Made by a program: the position numbers and the translations under genes. Positions 10,872 through 24,657 of a stretch of 64,000 nucleotides of DNA are shown here, piece after piece. The stretch comes from Phyllobates terribilis (Eukaryota). The notes under the pieces were generated by a model that searched no databases, was not told the origin of the DNA, and was given only the letters and a program-made list of their open reading frames with translations. Within the stretch, counting starts at the first letter, position 1. The number at the start of each line of letters is the position of its first letter. The stretch covers positions 271,064,001-271,128,000 of the forward strand of contig NW_027362765.1 in assembly GCF_046119375.1 (NCBI RefSeq), written 5' to 3'.

Positions 10872-11385
10872 CCATTGTCAATGCTGCAGCATATATCCAT
10901 ATGTATTCCATGCGGATTTTGCAGCGGAAAAACCTGCTGCACGTGGACCTACACTTTATATTGACTCACTTAGGGTATGATTACAGTGGTGCAAATTCTT
11001 TTTGCTGAAAAATTAGCAAAGTGGATGAGATTTCTCCCCATCTCATCCACTTTTTGCATAAAAAAATCAATGCGGATTTTATCCCGTGATGCATTTATTT
11101 AAAATCTGCAGGAAATCCTACTAGTGCAGCATTCACACATCCGTATGTCATGCTGTGGGTACTGGCTGCTAATGTCTTGACCCAAACTTGATAGCCTCCT
11201 AGACATGTATAGGGTTCTCAAGTTTGGATCAAGAGGCCCGCGGCGAGTCTGTGCATCACAGTGTGTACTCCGATTATGTCACATATAGTGTGCATCTTCA
11301 TGTACTGGTCATGCGTGGTCTGCTTGGTTTTTCTATAGGTGGAAGCGTTTGAGCCCTGACGAAATATTCTGTTCGCACGCAAGTG

Positions 11386-11617
11386 ATGGATGAACTGAAA
11401 CGGTTATATATCATGCTGTGCCAGGAGAAGGGGGCAGAGCCCCAAGATGCAGTACTGAAGGAATTACAGAAGATGAAAGAGTCTTGTGGACAAGGGAAAC
11501 TGGATTTGTCCACCCAGAATCTCTCCATGGAGTCCTGCCAGGTCCTGGGTCTCCTCCTGCAGAATGATGTTACCTTCTCACATGTCGTCCTCAGTGATTG
11601 CATGCTCAGCGAAGATG
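11386..11617 (+). CDS. LRRC45: LRRC45 coding exon 1
   Basis: MDELKRLYIMLCQEKGAEPQDAVL...LSDCMLSED matches the recalled LRRC45 N-terminus; donor G|GTAAGT. Confidence 0.95.
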
Positions 11618-11690
11618 GTAAGTGCCCAACAATGCCAATGGTATGCACACTAATGCACACATTATGGATAATCCTTTTATGTTTTCACAG

Positions 11691-11752
11691 GTTTAAAACT
11701 TATTTTGCAAGGCCTCCGCAATAATGCTGTAGCTAAGTACCTGGACCTGAAG
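11691..11752 (+). CDS. LRRC45: LRRC45 coding exon 2
   Basis: CACAG| (G)LKLILQGLRNNAVAKYLDLK |GTCAGT, 62 nt. Confidence 0.93.
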
Positions 11753-11826
11753 GTCAGTGTGATTTTATTTGACTCTCCTGAGTTTTTTGGTGGCTTTGTG
11801 GTGTAAGACCATCTGTATTCTTCCAG

Positions 11827-11897
11827 GGTAATAATCTGCGTGGTGAAGGTGCAGAAGCATTGGGGAAGCTCTTGAGACACAACACCTCTGTAACCAG
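11827..11897 (+). CDS. LRRC45: LRRC45 coding exon 3
   Basis: TTCCAG| GNNLRGEGAEALGKLLRHNTSVT |GTCTGT, 71 nt. Confidence 0.93.
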
Positions 11898-12206
11898 GTC
11901 TGTGATGTCCTGCTTCTGTCTCTTATCTAACGGTAGTGTCATTGTAGTCCTGACATCATTATTATATCACTAGAGCGAGAACCTTTTATGCTTCAGACAG
12001 GAAATGATGAGATGCAGAAATAAGATTCATTACAAGGTTTTATAAGTTCACATGTACTACTTATTTATGGAACGCTAAGTGCACATTACAGGGTTTGTCT
12101 GCTGCATAATGTACAGGAACCAGTATGCACAATTCTACAGGTTATCATTACGTAGACAGACCAGGTCTACTGCAGGATGTTTTTTAATAAATGCCATTTA
12201 CTCCAG

Positions 12207-12385
12207 TCTGACGTTGGAGTGGAACAACCTCGGCATGTGGGAAGATGGATTCTCCCTTTTGTGCGATGGACTTAGCTGTAACCAAACTCTTCAAAGATTA
12301 GATCTCCGAAACAACCAGATCAACCATAAAGGGGCGGAAGAATTGTCCACAGCCCTGAAACAGAACCTCACGCTACGAGAATTAG
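12207..12385 (+). CDS. LRRC45: LRRC45 coding exon 4
   Basis: [15 protein letters not shown]...[16 protein letters not shown]...LREL, LRR motifs, AG/GT bounded, 179 nt. Confidence 0.95.
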
Positions 12386-12660
12386 GTATGGAGTACATAA
12401 GCTTCAAGGTAGTCAATTACTTGCCAATGTTAGCAGATGGTCCTCCTGATAAGGCACGTGGTGACATGTGAGGGATAGCCTGATGCAACATTCAGTCTTA
12501 TATCTGATTGAAGCCAAGCAGAAGACTGGCGGCCCTATATGTAGATCTGTATCATGGCTAATGCAGACATACACAGTCATAAGACTAATCCTAATACTCC
12601 TATGTACTCTACAGCCAGATAATAAGACAGTCTTTGCTACATTGATATTGCTCTCCACAG

Positions 12661-12789
12661 ACTTGCGATGGAATAATATTGGTCTCCTGGGAGGACGTGC
12701 CCTTCATGATTGTCTTCAGAGTAATAGAACCATACTGAAGATGGAGCTGTCAGGAAACAACATCCCCAGTGACATCTTAAAGGCTATTG
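12661..12789 (+). CDS. LRRC45: LRRC45 coding exon 5
   Basis: [15 protein letters not shown]...[16 protein letters not shown] bounded, 129 nt. Confidence 0.95.
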
Positions 12790-14605
12790 GTAAGAAAAGC
12801 GTATCATGAGGTTGACACAAGCTGTATGATCCTGATGAAATAATGAATTGCTCAGTTGACTATTAGTAGTGACTCCATGTTTCCTACTTGCTGGCTTATT
12901 TCTTATGAATGTGTGTGTATTCTCTCCCTGGAATTGAGTGTCTCCCTGTATTATGGGATTAGAGACCAAGTTTATGTACTCATGTTAAGTATTTGGGGCA
13001 GAAATTTCTGCATCTTTTGGCAGCAAAAATGCATCATAAAATAGGTGTATTATTGCCTTGTTTTTGATGCATTTTTGGTGCAGATTTTTCCCCACTCATT
13101 AGTATGGGTGAAGTCTGCAGCAAAAACTCTGAAAGAACTGACATGCTGCAGATTTATATCTGCAAGTAAAAAATAAACAATGTGTGTATAAGACTTCAGG
13201 ATTCTCATTCACTTTGCTGGCATCAAGAAACCCTTCTGTTTTTGTATCAAATCAGCGCAGAATAAACGTGATCAAAAATCGCAACAAGCTGCAACGCGTG
13301 CTTAGGCCCTAAGGCATGTGTTACTTGCAGATTTCATTGTGGATCAGGCTGCAGATTTCTCTCTATATAACTAAGCACTGAGTAGGGGGAAAATCTGCCT
13401 AACAATGAGTATTATATCTCCACACCTTGCCTTCATTTTCATGCACATTATTTTCCACAAAGTGTGACTGGGATGTTGAAGAACCCATTTACTTCTATTC
13501 TACTGTAAATTACTGCAGAGCCGTGGTGCGGAATCCATACCGCATATCTGAGACAAGTCTACGACATGTGAACTTTGTTCTGAGTAATAAGGAATACTGT
13601 ATTATCTGATGGCCAATTAAAGCAGACATTGTAATGGGTACATTGCAAATTCAGGTATTCCTTCTACAGTATACAGCACTGTACTGATATTTATGAAGCC
13701 CATATATAAGTGATAAATCAAAGAACAAAACATGCTTAGTCGCAAGATGCTTTCTCTAGTCCGAGCAGCCGGTGCTAGACCTGACCCATCCAACAACATG
13801 GACCATGTCGTTGTTTTTTTTTCTCTCCTCTCCTTTTTATATAGATATTTTTCCATGGCAATGAGCCAGATAGCTTTATTCCCAAACTCTGTATGCGACA
13901 GTTGGTGTCCTATACAACTTTCTGGCTATGGCTTTTTTAGGGGCTACACATGGCATGTTATCACATGCCTAAGGATGCATTCAATGGGTGTGAGTTCAAT
14001 AGTGATCTTATGCACAGGGCTGATTAGGTCAGTAACCCTTATCTAAAGTCAGACTAGCTTAGAACATGAGCACATCTAAAGCATCAAAACGGTGACTTGC
14101 TCTTTACATCCATTGCATGTAGGATTGCCCTGTAACCCAATGTAGTATGAGAACAGTGGAGTTGTGAATACACTGTGCAGTAGACATAGATGTGGTAACG
14201 TGTGCTTCACCTAGACTCTTAGGTAAGAACCTATGTCCCATGATATCTCCGCTTCTTCTCCCATTATGTTTTAATTAGCAAAGGATCTCCTGTTCTTTAA
14301 CCAGAATGAATATATATGCAGATGCCATCAGTAGGAAATGCTGCCTTATGCTTAGAGGAAGGGGGCAGTCACAGCCTTGAATATCCAGGCGGCTGCCTTT
14401 ATAATTCTGAAGATCTGTGCTTGGTGTACTTCCAGAATTATTACTACTCATGTATACAGCGCTGGGGTCGAAAACTAGGTATTAGTAAGCAGGTCATGAA
14501 ACCCAATTGCAAAAAATGATTTTTAGCTCCACATACATGCATTTAAGTTGGAAAGAAAATGTCCCCAAAGGTGGACGACCCAGTAATAACCTGTATTGGC
14601 TGCCA

Positions 14606-15382
14606 TCTATATATATATAATCGTCTTATCCCATCTGTCTGTCTGTCTGTCCAGGAAATCCCGCGTCGCTGATTGGTCCGGCCGCGGCCAATTAGCGACG
14701 TGGGATTTCAGAAAAAGATGGCGGCCGTTAGCGGCTCATCTGCCGGACCGAGGTCAGCGGCGATGCAGCAGGGAGATGACCAGCGCTAGCCGCTCATCTC
14801 CCCGCTGCTGGCAGCACAAGTACCCCAACAGGCGGCGCCGCTGACCTCCATGCGGCTAACGTCGGGAGATCAGCAGCTTGTCCCTATGATCTCCCGATAG
14901 CAAGTGTGAATGGAGGACCGGGGAGCGGTGCCGCCGGTCGGGATACTTCTGCTGCGAGCAGCCGCTCATCTCCCGGCTTCTCGCAGCGGAAGTAGCCGCA
15001 CAGGCAGCGCCGCTCCCCGGTCCTCAGTAATACTATTCGCTGATTGTTCGCGGGCTGCCGCGACCAATCAGAGATATTGGCAGCAAATTTAAACACCGTT
15101 TTGCTGATCGGTCGCGACTAATCAGCGATTTTAGGGCCAAATTTAAACAAGCTCTCCGGTCCTCACTAACACAGTTCGCTGATTGGTCGCGGCCGCCACC
15201 CGCGACCAATCACCGATATTGCTGCCAAATTTAAACACAGTTTTGCTGATTAGTCGCGGTTGCCGGCCGCGATCAATCAGCGATTTTGGCGCCAAATTTA
15301 AACAACGCTCTGCTGATTGCGTCCTATCGGCCGCATACATATTCTAGAATACCCGATGCGTTAGAATCGGGCCACCATCTAG
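14606..15382 (+). mobile_element. Non-autonomous Helitron, copy 1
   Basis: A|TC start, CTAG|T end, subterminal hairpin CCCGAT-GCGTTAGA-ATCGGG, no TSD; internal CCAATCAG-rich repeats. Confidence 0.8.
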
Positions 15383-15552
15383 TTTCATACATATTTACCC
15401 TGCAGCTTTAAAGGGTTAAGACCACCATACAGATTAGAGAAAAGTCTCAGATTTTGGCGGGGCCATCTGACCATGTCATGAGTATTGGGGCCTCCCAACT
15501 CTTCAAGAGGAAAGAGGTATTGGCATATTTTTGTCCGATCCTTTATTTTTCA

Positions 15553-16296
15553 TCTATATATATAATTGTCTTATCCCGTCTGTCTGTCTGTCCAGGAAAT
15601 CCTGCGTCTCTCATTGGTCCGGCCGCTGTCTGTCCAGGAAATCCCGCGTCGCTCATTGGTCCGGCTGCAGCCAATCAGCGACGTGGGATTTCAGAAAAAA
15701 GATGGGGCCGTTAGCGGCTCATCTGCCGCACGGATGTCAGCGGCAATGCAGCGGGGAGATGAGCGGCGCTAGCAGCAGAACTACCCCGACCGGCGCCGCT
15801 GACCTCCATGCTGCTAACGTCGGGAGATCAGCGGCTGGGGCCGCTGATCTCCCGACGGCAAGTGTGAACGGAGGACCGGGGAGCAGCGCCGCCTGTCAGG
15901 ATGCTTCTGCTGCGAGCAGCCGCTCATCTCCCAGCTGCTCGCAGCGGAAGTAGCCGCACAAGCAGCGCCGCTCCCCGGTCCTCACTAATACGACGCTGAT
16001 TGGTCGCGGTCGACGCCCGCGACCAATCAGCACTATTGGCGCTACATTTAAACAACACTCTGCTGATTGGTCGCGGCCTCCGGCCGACCGCGACCAATCA
16101 GCGAGATTGGCGCCAAATTTAAACACTGCTCTGCGAGATTGGCGCCAAATTTAAACAACACTCTGCTGATTGGTCGCTGTCGCGACTAATCAGCGATTTT
16201 TGGCGCCAAATTTAAACACCGCTCTGCTGATTGCGCCCGGTCGGCCTCATACATATTCTAGAATACCCGATGCGTTAGAATCGGGCCACCATCTAG
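15553..16296 (+). mobile_element. Non-autonomous Helitron, copy 2
   Basis: Same termini and hairpin as copy 1 (A|TC ... CTAG|T), 170 bp downstream of it. Confidence 0.8.
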
Positions 16297-17042
16297 TGGT
16301 ATATAAGAGACGTTGAGCAGCAGCATCTCCCCTCCTTCACTTGCAGCCTGAGGCGCATGTGTATGGGAGCTGGGCGACTTCTATCTAAGGGGTATGTGCA
16401 GCCTAAGTCTGAGAGACCACATGATACATTGCTGTGCCAAGCTCTCTGCACTGGCTAAGAGAAGGGGGCTCAAGTGCTGACCACCTTTTATTGTAGCAAT
16501 TAACCCAATATAATGTAAAGACTCATTTCTGACTGTACGCTAGATTGGCACATTAGCTGCTGCTGAAAACTGAGCATTTTCCTAATTTCCAGTTGTCGTG
16601 CAGTTTTAAAGCTTTTTCTGCAGTGCACATCCCTATGATGAGGCTGCCTCATGCAGTGCTGGACCCCAGAGTCTGTCGCTTGTCATTTAATACTGTAGTA
16701 TGCCTAATAATTTTCTACTAATATTACGTACAGTTCATGGGTATAGCAAGAACGAGATCCCACAGGGGACCTTTGTCTTCTGATGAGAGAAAATCACCCT
16801 TTTTGTAGGACTTATATGGAGATGTGTTCATTTTACCCTCTTCTGTCATTGTTAGTATACTGGATATAATGGGTATATGTTTATATAGGGAGACAATGAT
16901 GTCTTTGGTGATTTGGATCATCAGATTGGGAGATGCTGTTTGCATACATTTTTATGAAGAACAGTACTCATTGTACAGTCTGCACTGTGATGTACTGTGA
17001 TACATAACGTCTGTAGATAAAAAAGTGCTTTTTTTTTTTTAA

Positions 17043-17440
17043 AAGGGTTGTCCAGTTTAAGCAAGATATTACCTGTCCACATGATAACTTGTTGATCTGA
17101 GGGGATCTAACTGCTGGGACCCCCATCAATCAGCAGATCGGGCCACCTTTAGCCCCATTAGAATGAAGCAGCAGTGTTCATGTGACACCTCCACTCCATT
17201 CATTCTCTGTGAGGCTGTTGAGCACTTTGCTAGACTTTTCCGGCAGTCCCATGGAAAATGAATGGAGTGGCCCTCGGGTGTCTGATCTGCTGATCCACTT
17301 TGTACCGTGGATCAACATTCTTGGTATGGGATAAAAACTCTGCTGATCGGTGCATGTCCCAACAGTCAGGCCACCACCGACTGGCAAGTTGTCACCTATC
17401 CTGCAGATAAGTGATAACTTTTTTCACAGGAGAATCCCTT
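17043..17440. mobile_element. TTAA-flanked MITE (T2/Kolobok-like)
   Basis: TTAA|AAGGGTTGTCC ... GAGAATCCCTT|TTAA, palindromic interior. Confidence 0.6.
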
Positions 17441-17649
17441 TTAAGACCGTTTGTTGTCTTGAAATATTTTGAATCTTTTGTGAAAGTCTAAAGATTGGTC
17501 TAAGGTGCAAATATGTATAGACCCTAATAAGAATTTTCCACTTGTGACAATAGTCTTTTCTTTAATATAATTGTTTCAGACAACACCCATTGTCATTCAG
17601 TGAAGCAATTATTCGGCAGATATAATCTCTTAAGACCTTCATATACATA

Positions 17650-19286
<1,637 letters not shown>

Positions 19287-20180
19287 TAAACATGGTAATT
19301 GTGGTGAGGCATCAGATGGTTTCCCTCACACTTGTGGGATTTTAGGATTCGTAACGGAGCAGATAACAAAATGACATACATGTGCATCAGTTTTCAATCT
19401 ATTAGAAAAAACGCCATTAAAATATGAGAATATCAGCTCAAGATTTCTCAGTTTTATCATAGACAGTAGAGGTTCAGTGATGACTACTATGCACCACTTT
19501 GTCGTTACACCCTCCCAGGGTAATTTCCTCTACTTAACCCGTCTCCCAGCCTAATCATGATTACTGTACCCCAAGGCTTCCGTGATGCCCTACTCAGGCC
19601 GTACACTCATCTTTTACTCACCTAAATGAGTGGTGATCTGGAGTTCAGGTATTGATGCTTTGGCCTTTGGTTTGCTCTAGGGTAATGCTCAAGTTGTTTC
19701 ATAGGTTCATTTTGGGTAAATGTAGAATAAAATCATATATACGTGAAGCAGATTTCAGGGTGTGCTATGGAGGTGATAATCCCGTTCATGTCCGTTCTGA
19801 TTGCTTCTGATTTTTCACTAAAATTCACCCCCCACAATACATAGGGTGAAATTCGGAACAAATCAGCAAGAAAATGTGTGTTTTAAATCTCATGTAACGT
19901 GAATTTTGCTGCAGATTTGCAGACATAATCTCATGTCTGATTTTACTCTTATGTATACTTCTGTACTATTATGGGGTCTTGCCCCTAAAACACTCTCGTT
20001 TAGAGTATATACACTCACTAAAGGATTATTAAATATCCAATAGATAGGTGATCACTTAGAGATAGGTAGGAGTGTGACCACACGGAGACCCTGTAATCTC
20101 AGGAACTCCCATAGAAAAACAATGAAGCAGTGTTGCCAATAAGCGGCCACAGCTCCATTCTGAGAGAGGCATATCAGATA

Positions 20181-21446
20181 CAGGGCCCTGAAAAGTATTC
20201 ATAACCCATGAACTTTTCCACATTTTTTCACGTTACACCTACAAAATTAAATGTTTATTTGGATTTTATGTGCTATGCTAACACAAAGTAGCAAGTATTT
20301 GTGAAGTGTAAAGGAAATTATACCTGGTCTTTTAATTATTTTAAAAATCTAAATCTGAAAACTGTGACGTGCATTTCTATTCAGCCCCTCTGAGTCAATA
20401 TTTTGTAGGACCACCTTTCGCTGCAATTACTGCTGTAAGTCTTTTGGGGTCTGTCTCTACCAGATTTGCACATCTAGAAGCTGACATTTTTACCCAATCT
20501 TCTTTGCACACTAGCTGTAGCTTAGAGAGTGGATGGAGGCGTCTGTGAACAGCAATTTTCAAGTGTTTCACAGATTCTCAAAGGGCTTTAGGTCTGGACT
20601 GTGACTGGGCCATTCACACACATGAATTTGCTTTCATCTAAACCATTCCATTGTAGCTCTGGTAGTATGTTTAGGTCACTGTCCTGCTGGAAGGTGAACC
20701 TACTCCCCAGCCCCAAGTCTTATGCATCCTTTAACAGGTTTTCCTCCAGGATTGCTGTGTATTTAGCTCCATACATCTTCCCTGTCCTTGCTGAAGACAA
20801 GCATCCCCACAGGATGATGCTGCCACCACTATGCTTGAAGGTGGGGATGGTGTTTTCAGGGTGATGTGCAGTGTTATACTTCACACATAGCGTTTTACAC
20901 TTTGCCCAAAAAGTTCTACTTTGGTTTCATCTAACCAGAGCACCTTATTCCACATGCTAGCTGTAACCCCTAGGTGGGTGTTTGCTAACTGCAAATGGGA
21001 CTTCTTATGGGTTGCTTTCAAAAATGGCTTTCTCCTTGCCATTGTTCCAGATTTCTGGAGTAAATGACTAATAGTTGTCCTGTGAACAGATTCTCACACC
21101 TGAGCTGTGGATCTCTGTAGCTTCTCCACAGTGACCATGGACCTCTTGGCTGCTTGTCTTATAAGTGTTCTCCTTGCTTGGGATGTCCGTTTAGATGGAC
21201 GGACATGTCTTGGTGGGTTTGTAGTTGTGCAATACGCCTTCCATTTTTGGATGATGGATAGAACAGTGCTCTGTCAGATTACAGGGAGATGAATACAAAT
21301 GCATGTCACAATTTTCAAATTTATATTTTTAAAATAATTAGAAGACCATGTATAATTTCCTTTACACTTCACAAATACTTGCCACTTTGTGTTGCTATAT
21401 CAAATGAAATCAAATCCCAATAAAATAAATTTACGTAAAGGCACTG
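20181..21446 (-). mobile_element. Internally deleted, decayed Tc1 element
   Basis: TA|CAGGGCCCTGAAAAGTATTC left end, AAGGCACTG|TA right end, mirrored TIR sequence at 21310-21436, transposase remnants on the - strand at 20560-21250. Confidence 0.75.
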
Positions 21447-21453
21447 TAGATGA

Positions 21454-22235
21454 TGGGAAACGAAATAGATGTAGATATAACTTGGCACTCACAAAGGTTG
21501 CAGTGAATGAAAAAGTTTGTTCATCTAGGCAATCTTTATAGTTTAACGTTTTCGGTCCTACAGTCCTGTATAGGATGTACAGAAATAATGAAAATAAATC
21601 ACAAAATAATGAAATGTACAGATGTGCAATTCCAGATTCTGTGTTTGTTATTTAAATCTTATTCAAAATAGGTAATCAAGCAGAATACTCTGTTGGATGA
21701 CATATTACTGATGTATACGAAAATAGTGCAATATTGTGAAATACATATATAGATCATCTATGCCATAGTGTCAATCTAAGGATATACCAGAAAGGATATA
21801 GGATGATCTAGTTTGTGGTATGGGACTGAGGTACATTGGTGGAGTGGTATATTGCAAGATTACCCCTGGAAGCTGGAGGATAGCGCTCATGTCTGCGACG
21901 CAAGATGGCGCTCTATGTGGCTGCTACCTGCTTCTGTCTTTGTAGAGAAATCGATCCAGCTCACTCGCATGCAAGGTTCCCGTGGTTCAGAGCAACAATA
22001 GCGTCTATGCCTTGACGTGAAAAAGTCCAAGTAAAGGAAGGAAAGTCCAGCTCCTCGATCACGGAAAAGTCTTTATTTCAGTGTGAAGGAGTACAAAACG
22101 TCAGTGCAGTTTAAGATCTCATGATAAGCAGGTTAAAACATCTACTCGTTTCAGGTGAGTACACCCTTAGTCATGATGTCCATCATCTAAGAAGTCTCCA
22201 GGTTCGTGGAGCCAAACTTTCCTTCTTTTACTTGG
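21454..22235 (-). mobile_element. Non-coding Penelope-like insertion with short inverted arms and a hammerhead-like relic
   Basis: 11-bp duplication ACTGTAGATGA (21443-21453, 22236-22246); 35-bp inverted arms 22024-22058 / 22204-22238; the - strand reads ACATC-ATGACTA-AGGGTG(TACT)CACCT-GAAAC-GAGTA-GATGT. Confidence 0.55.
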
Positions 22236-22488
22236 ACTGTAGATGATTACTTGCGGATAGGTAGCGGTGTGACTGCTGGACACCCCTGTAATCTCAGGCA
22301 GTCCCATGCAGCGACAATGTAGCAGTGTCACCAATAATCGGCCACAGCTCCATTTTAACGAAGCATTTCAGATAGGTAACTTTGAATGAAATTGTCAGCC
22401 TCTTACTGTATAACCCACTAGACTGGAAATCTCCCCAACCTCAACTTTATAGGGTCAAACAGAAATTGCATTTGTGTCTCTGCTACAG

Positions 22489-22601
22489 AACACTCCATAG
22501 ATTATAACCTGGAAAGACATACGGTAAAGAAGGAGACTATAAATCAGAGGCAGATCCTAACCAAGGAGGTACAGAACTTGAAGCAGGAGAAGAATAAGCA
22601 G
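22489..22601 (+). CDS. LRRC45: LRRC45 coding exon 6
   Basis: EHSIDYNLERHTVKKETINQRQILTKEVQNLKQEKNKQ, AG/GT bounded, 113 nt. Confidence 0.9.
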
Positions 22602-22673
22602 GTGGGTGATGTGCACAGGTTTTTTTCATGATTTCCTTCCAGATTCTTCATAACTATGTGGCTTCTCCTATAG

Positions 22674-22732
22674 TTCCTGGACTTAATGGGGACCATTGAT
22701 AAACAGCGGGAGGAGATGAGCCGCAGCACAAG
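22674..22732 (+). CDS. LRRC45: LRRC45 coding exon 7
   Basis: FLDLMGTIDKQREEMSRST, 59 nt. Confidence 0.93.
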
Positions 22733-22817
22733 GTTGGTCTGCCTGCTTGATATCTTCATTTAGAAAATCATGTTTTTTTGTTTTTTATTTCTCCTCTTCT
22801 CTTTCTGTTACTATTAG

Positions 22818-22895
22818 AACGACAACTTTGCACGCCAGCAAACTTCAAGAGGCATTGGACGACAGGAAGTCGGTTGTAAATTCACTGACCTCCAA
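22818..22895 (+). CDS. LRRC45: LRRC45 coding exon 8
   Basis: TTTLHASKLQEALDDRKSVVNSLTS, 78 nt, phases fit the neighbouring exons. Confidence 0.88.
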
Positions 22896-23363
22896 GTAAG
22901 GGTCTCTGCGAGTCATTATCATCAGATTTAAGTGAAGCTCCATCTAGGATTTATGTCCTGATTCATGTGCCAAGAAAGTTCCTGGTGTATATGTGAAATG
23001 TATGCATTGCCCCTTTAGTCATTCACCCAGTAAAGGGCCAAGGCAGTGTGCTTTTAGCCTCTATCGGGCTTGTATTGAACCTGATATCGGTATCGCAGTA
23101 TACAGTAAAAATTAGTCTCCTATGAAATCCATCCCAAGGCTGGGCTTCACTGGAATGCCATGACAACAGCAACAGGGTGCCTTCAAGTTCGCCATGAAAA
23201 CCCATTGGTTCTTTGTGGTCACATAACTGACTGTAAGTGATAAGTGCCCAAATGGACGCCCCATCGCTCTACTTGACTCAAAGACTGACTGCAGCATTTT
23301 ACCTCTTTCCTCCGCAGACAATTTTAATTTTTTCTCTTTTTTTTTCTCCCCCTTCTTCCAAGA

Positions 23364-23400
<37 letters not shown>

Positions 23401-24521
23401 GTCCAAATAGCCGTATGATGGCTTGTTTTATACTGTGTACTGAAAAAAGGAGAAAAAAAAAAACAAATGTAAGAAATGGTGAAAAACAAATGCAGTGGTA
23501 AAAATGACATGGCGGCATGATTCTCCAGTTCAGTACCACTACGGTGATATAATATATTTTGCTTTTACTGCGGCAAATACCAGTTACTAGGTATTTACTG
23601 TTCCAACCAATTACTGCCGTCCTTATAATATAAAAGATACCTCCGCCTCTTATAACAGATAAAGTAGGGTCAAAACGCACATTGGGGTGGTGGCTAATGC
23701 GCTGACACATTTTTACTTAATATGAGTGGTTAGTACTATGTATTATGATATATGTACATGCTCTAGACTTCAGTGTGTTACACTGCACCATTTTCTAGGC
23801 ATGATCTTTTAGATTTTCTATTAGAGATGCCACTATTTTGTAAGAGCCCTCTGCCATCTAGTGGCTTTTCATGATAATGCTTTATACTTAATAGTTCTGT
23901 GTCCTGCATCAGCCTCTCCTCTATTTTCTTGTGCTTTTTATCTACATATGTTCTTTTCACAATTTGTGTATGTTTTCAATAAATTACGAATATCCTGTAT
24001 TCTGTTCTGCTTTTGCACAGCTGCAGCTTGTTACAATGTATCAGTGAAGGTAAAAGAAAGACTTGTACTGTCGCTGTGATTAGCACATGAGAGATTGTCC
24101 AGAATGGTACATTGTGACAAACTATCTGCTTTGTGAATAGGATTTTGGTTCGGTTCTAATCCACATTAAGGGTCCTTAGTATGAAAGATCAAAGCAAACT
24201 AACGGGGTCCCTTACATTTCATTCATAAGTATACATGCCCTGTATGCCATCTGTTCAGCTTTTCCTTGCCCCATTTCACATCACAGTTTGGTCTCTTACT
24301 ATGTGAGTGTATAGGGAGAGACCAGTCAGTCTAGAAGAGCTGGTCGGGGAGAACCTGCCGGAAACTGGCCTTGGTGAGAATGATGTTTTCTCTGGAACGC
24401 CACAGCATTTCAGAGTAAACTGTACATGCTGCTATAAATCAGCCACTGTCTGATCTGTGCTGCACGTGGTTCGAGCAGCATGAAACTCCTAACAGGGTGT
24501 AAGCATGTCTTCTGCCTGCAG

Positions 24522-24657
24522 GTTACACATGACTGATGCCGCCCTGGCTTTATCACAGCAGAAGGTGCAAGACCTTGGGGTGATCCTGACTCAGACGAAG
24601 CGTGAAGGCTCCAGCATGAGGGAACTGCATGCCAAGGAACTGAGGAAGGAGAAGGAG
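24522..24657 (+). CDS. LRRC45: LRRC45 coding exon 9
   Basis: LHMTDAALALSQQKVQDLG...AKELRKEKE, 136 nt. Confidence 0.92.

Noticed and set aside
11383-12809. ORF-track entries 11383-11724, 12079-12471 and 12468-12809 as single-exon genes
   Set aside because: Each is an LRRC45 exon with read-through into intron
23367-23398. 32-nt poly(T) as a retrocopy tail
   Set aside because: No target-site duplication or adjacent processed-gene sequence could be identified
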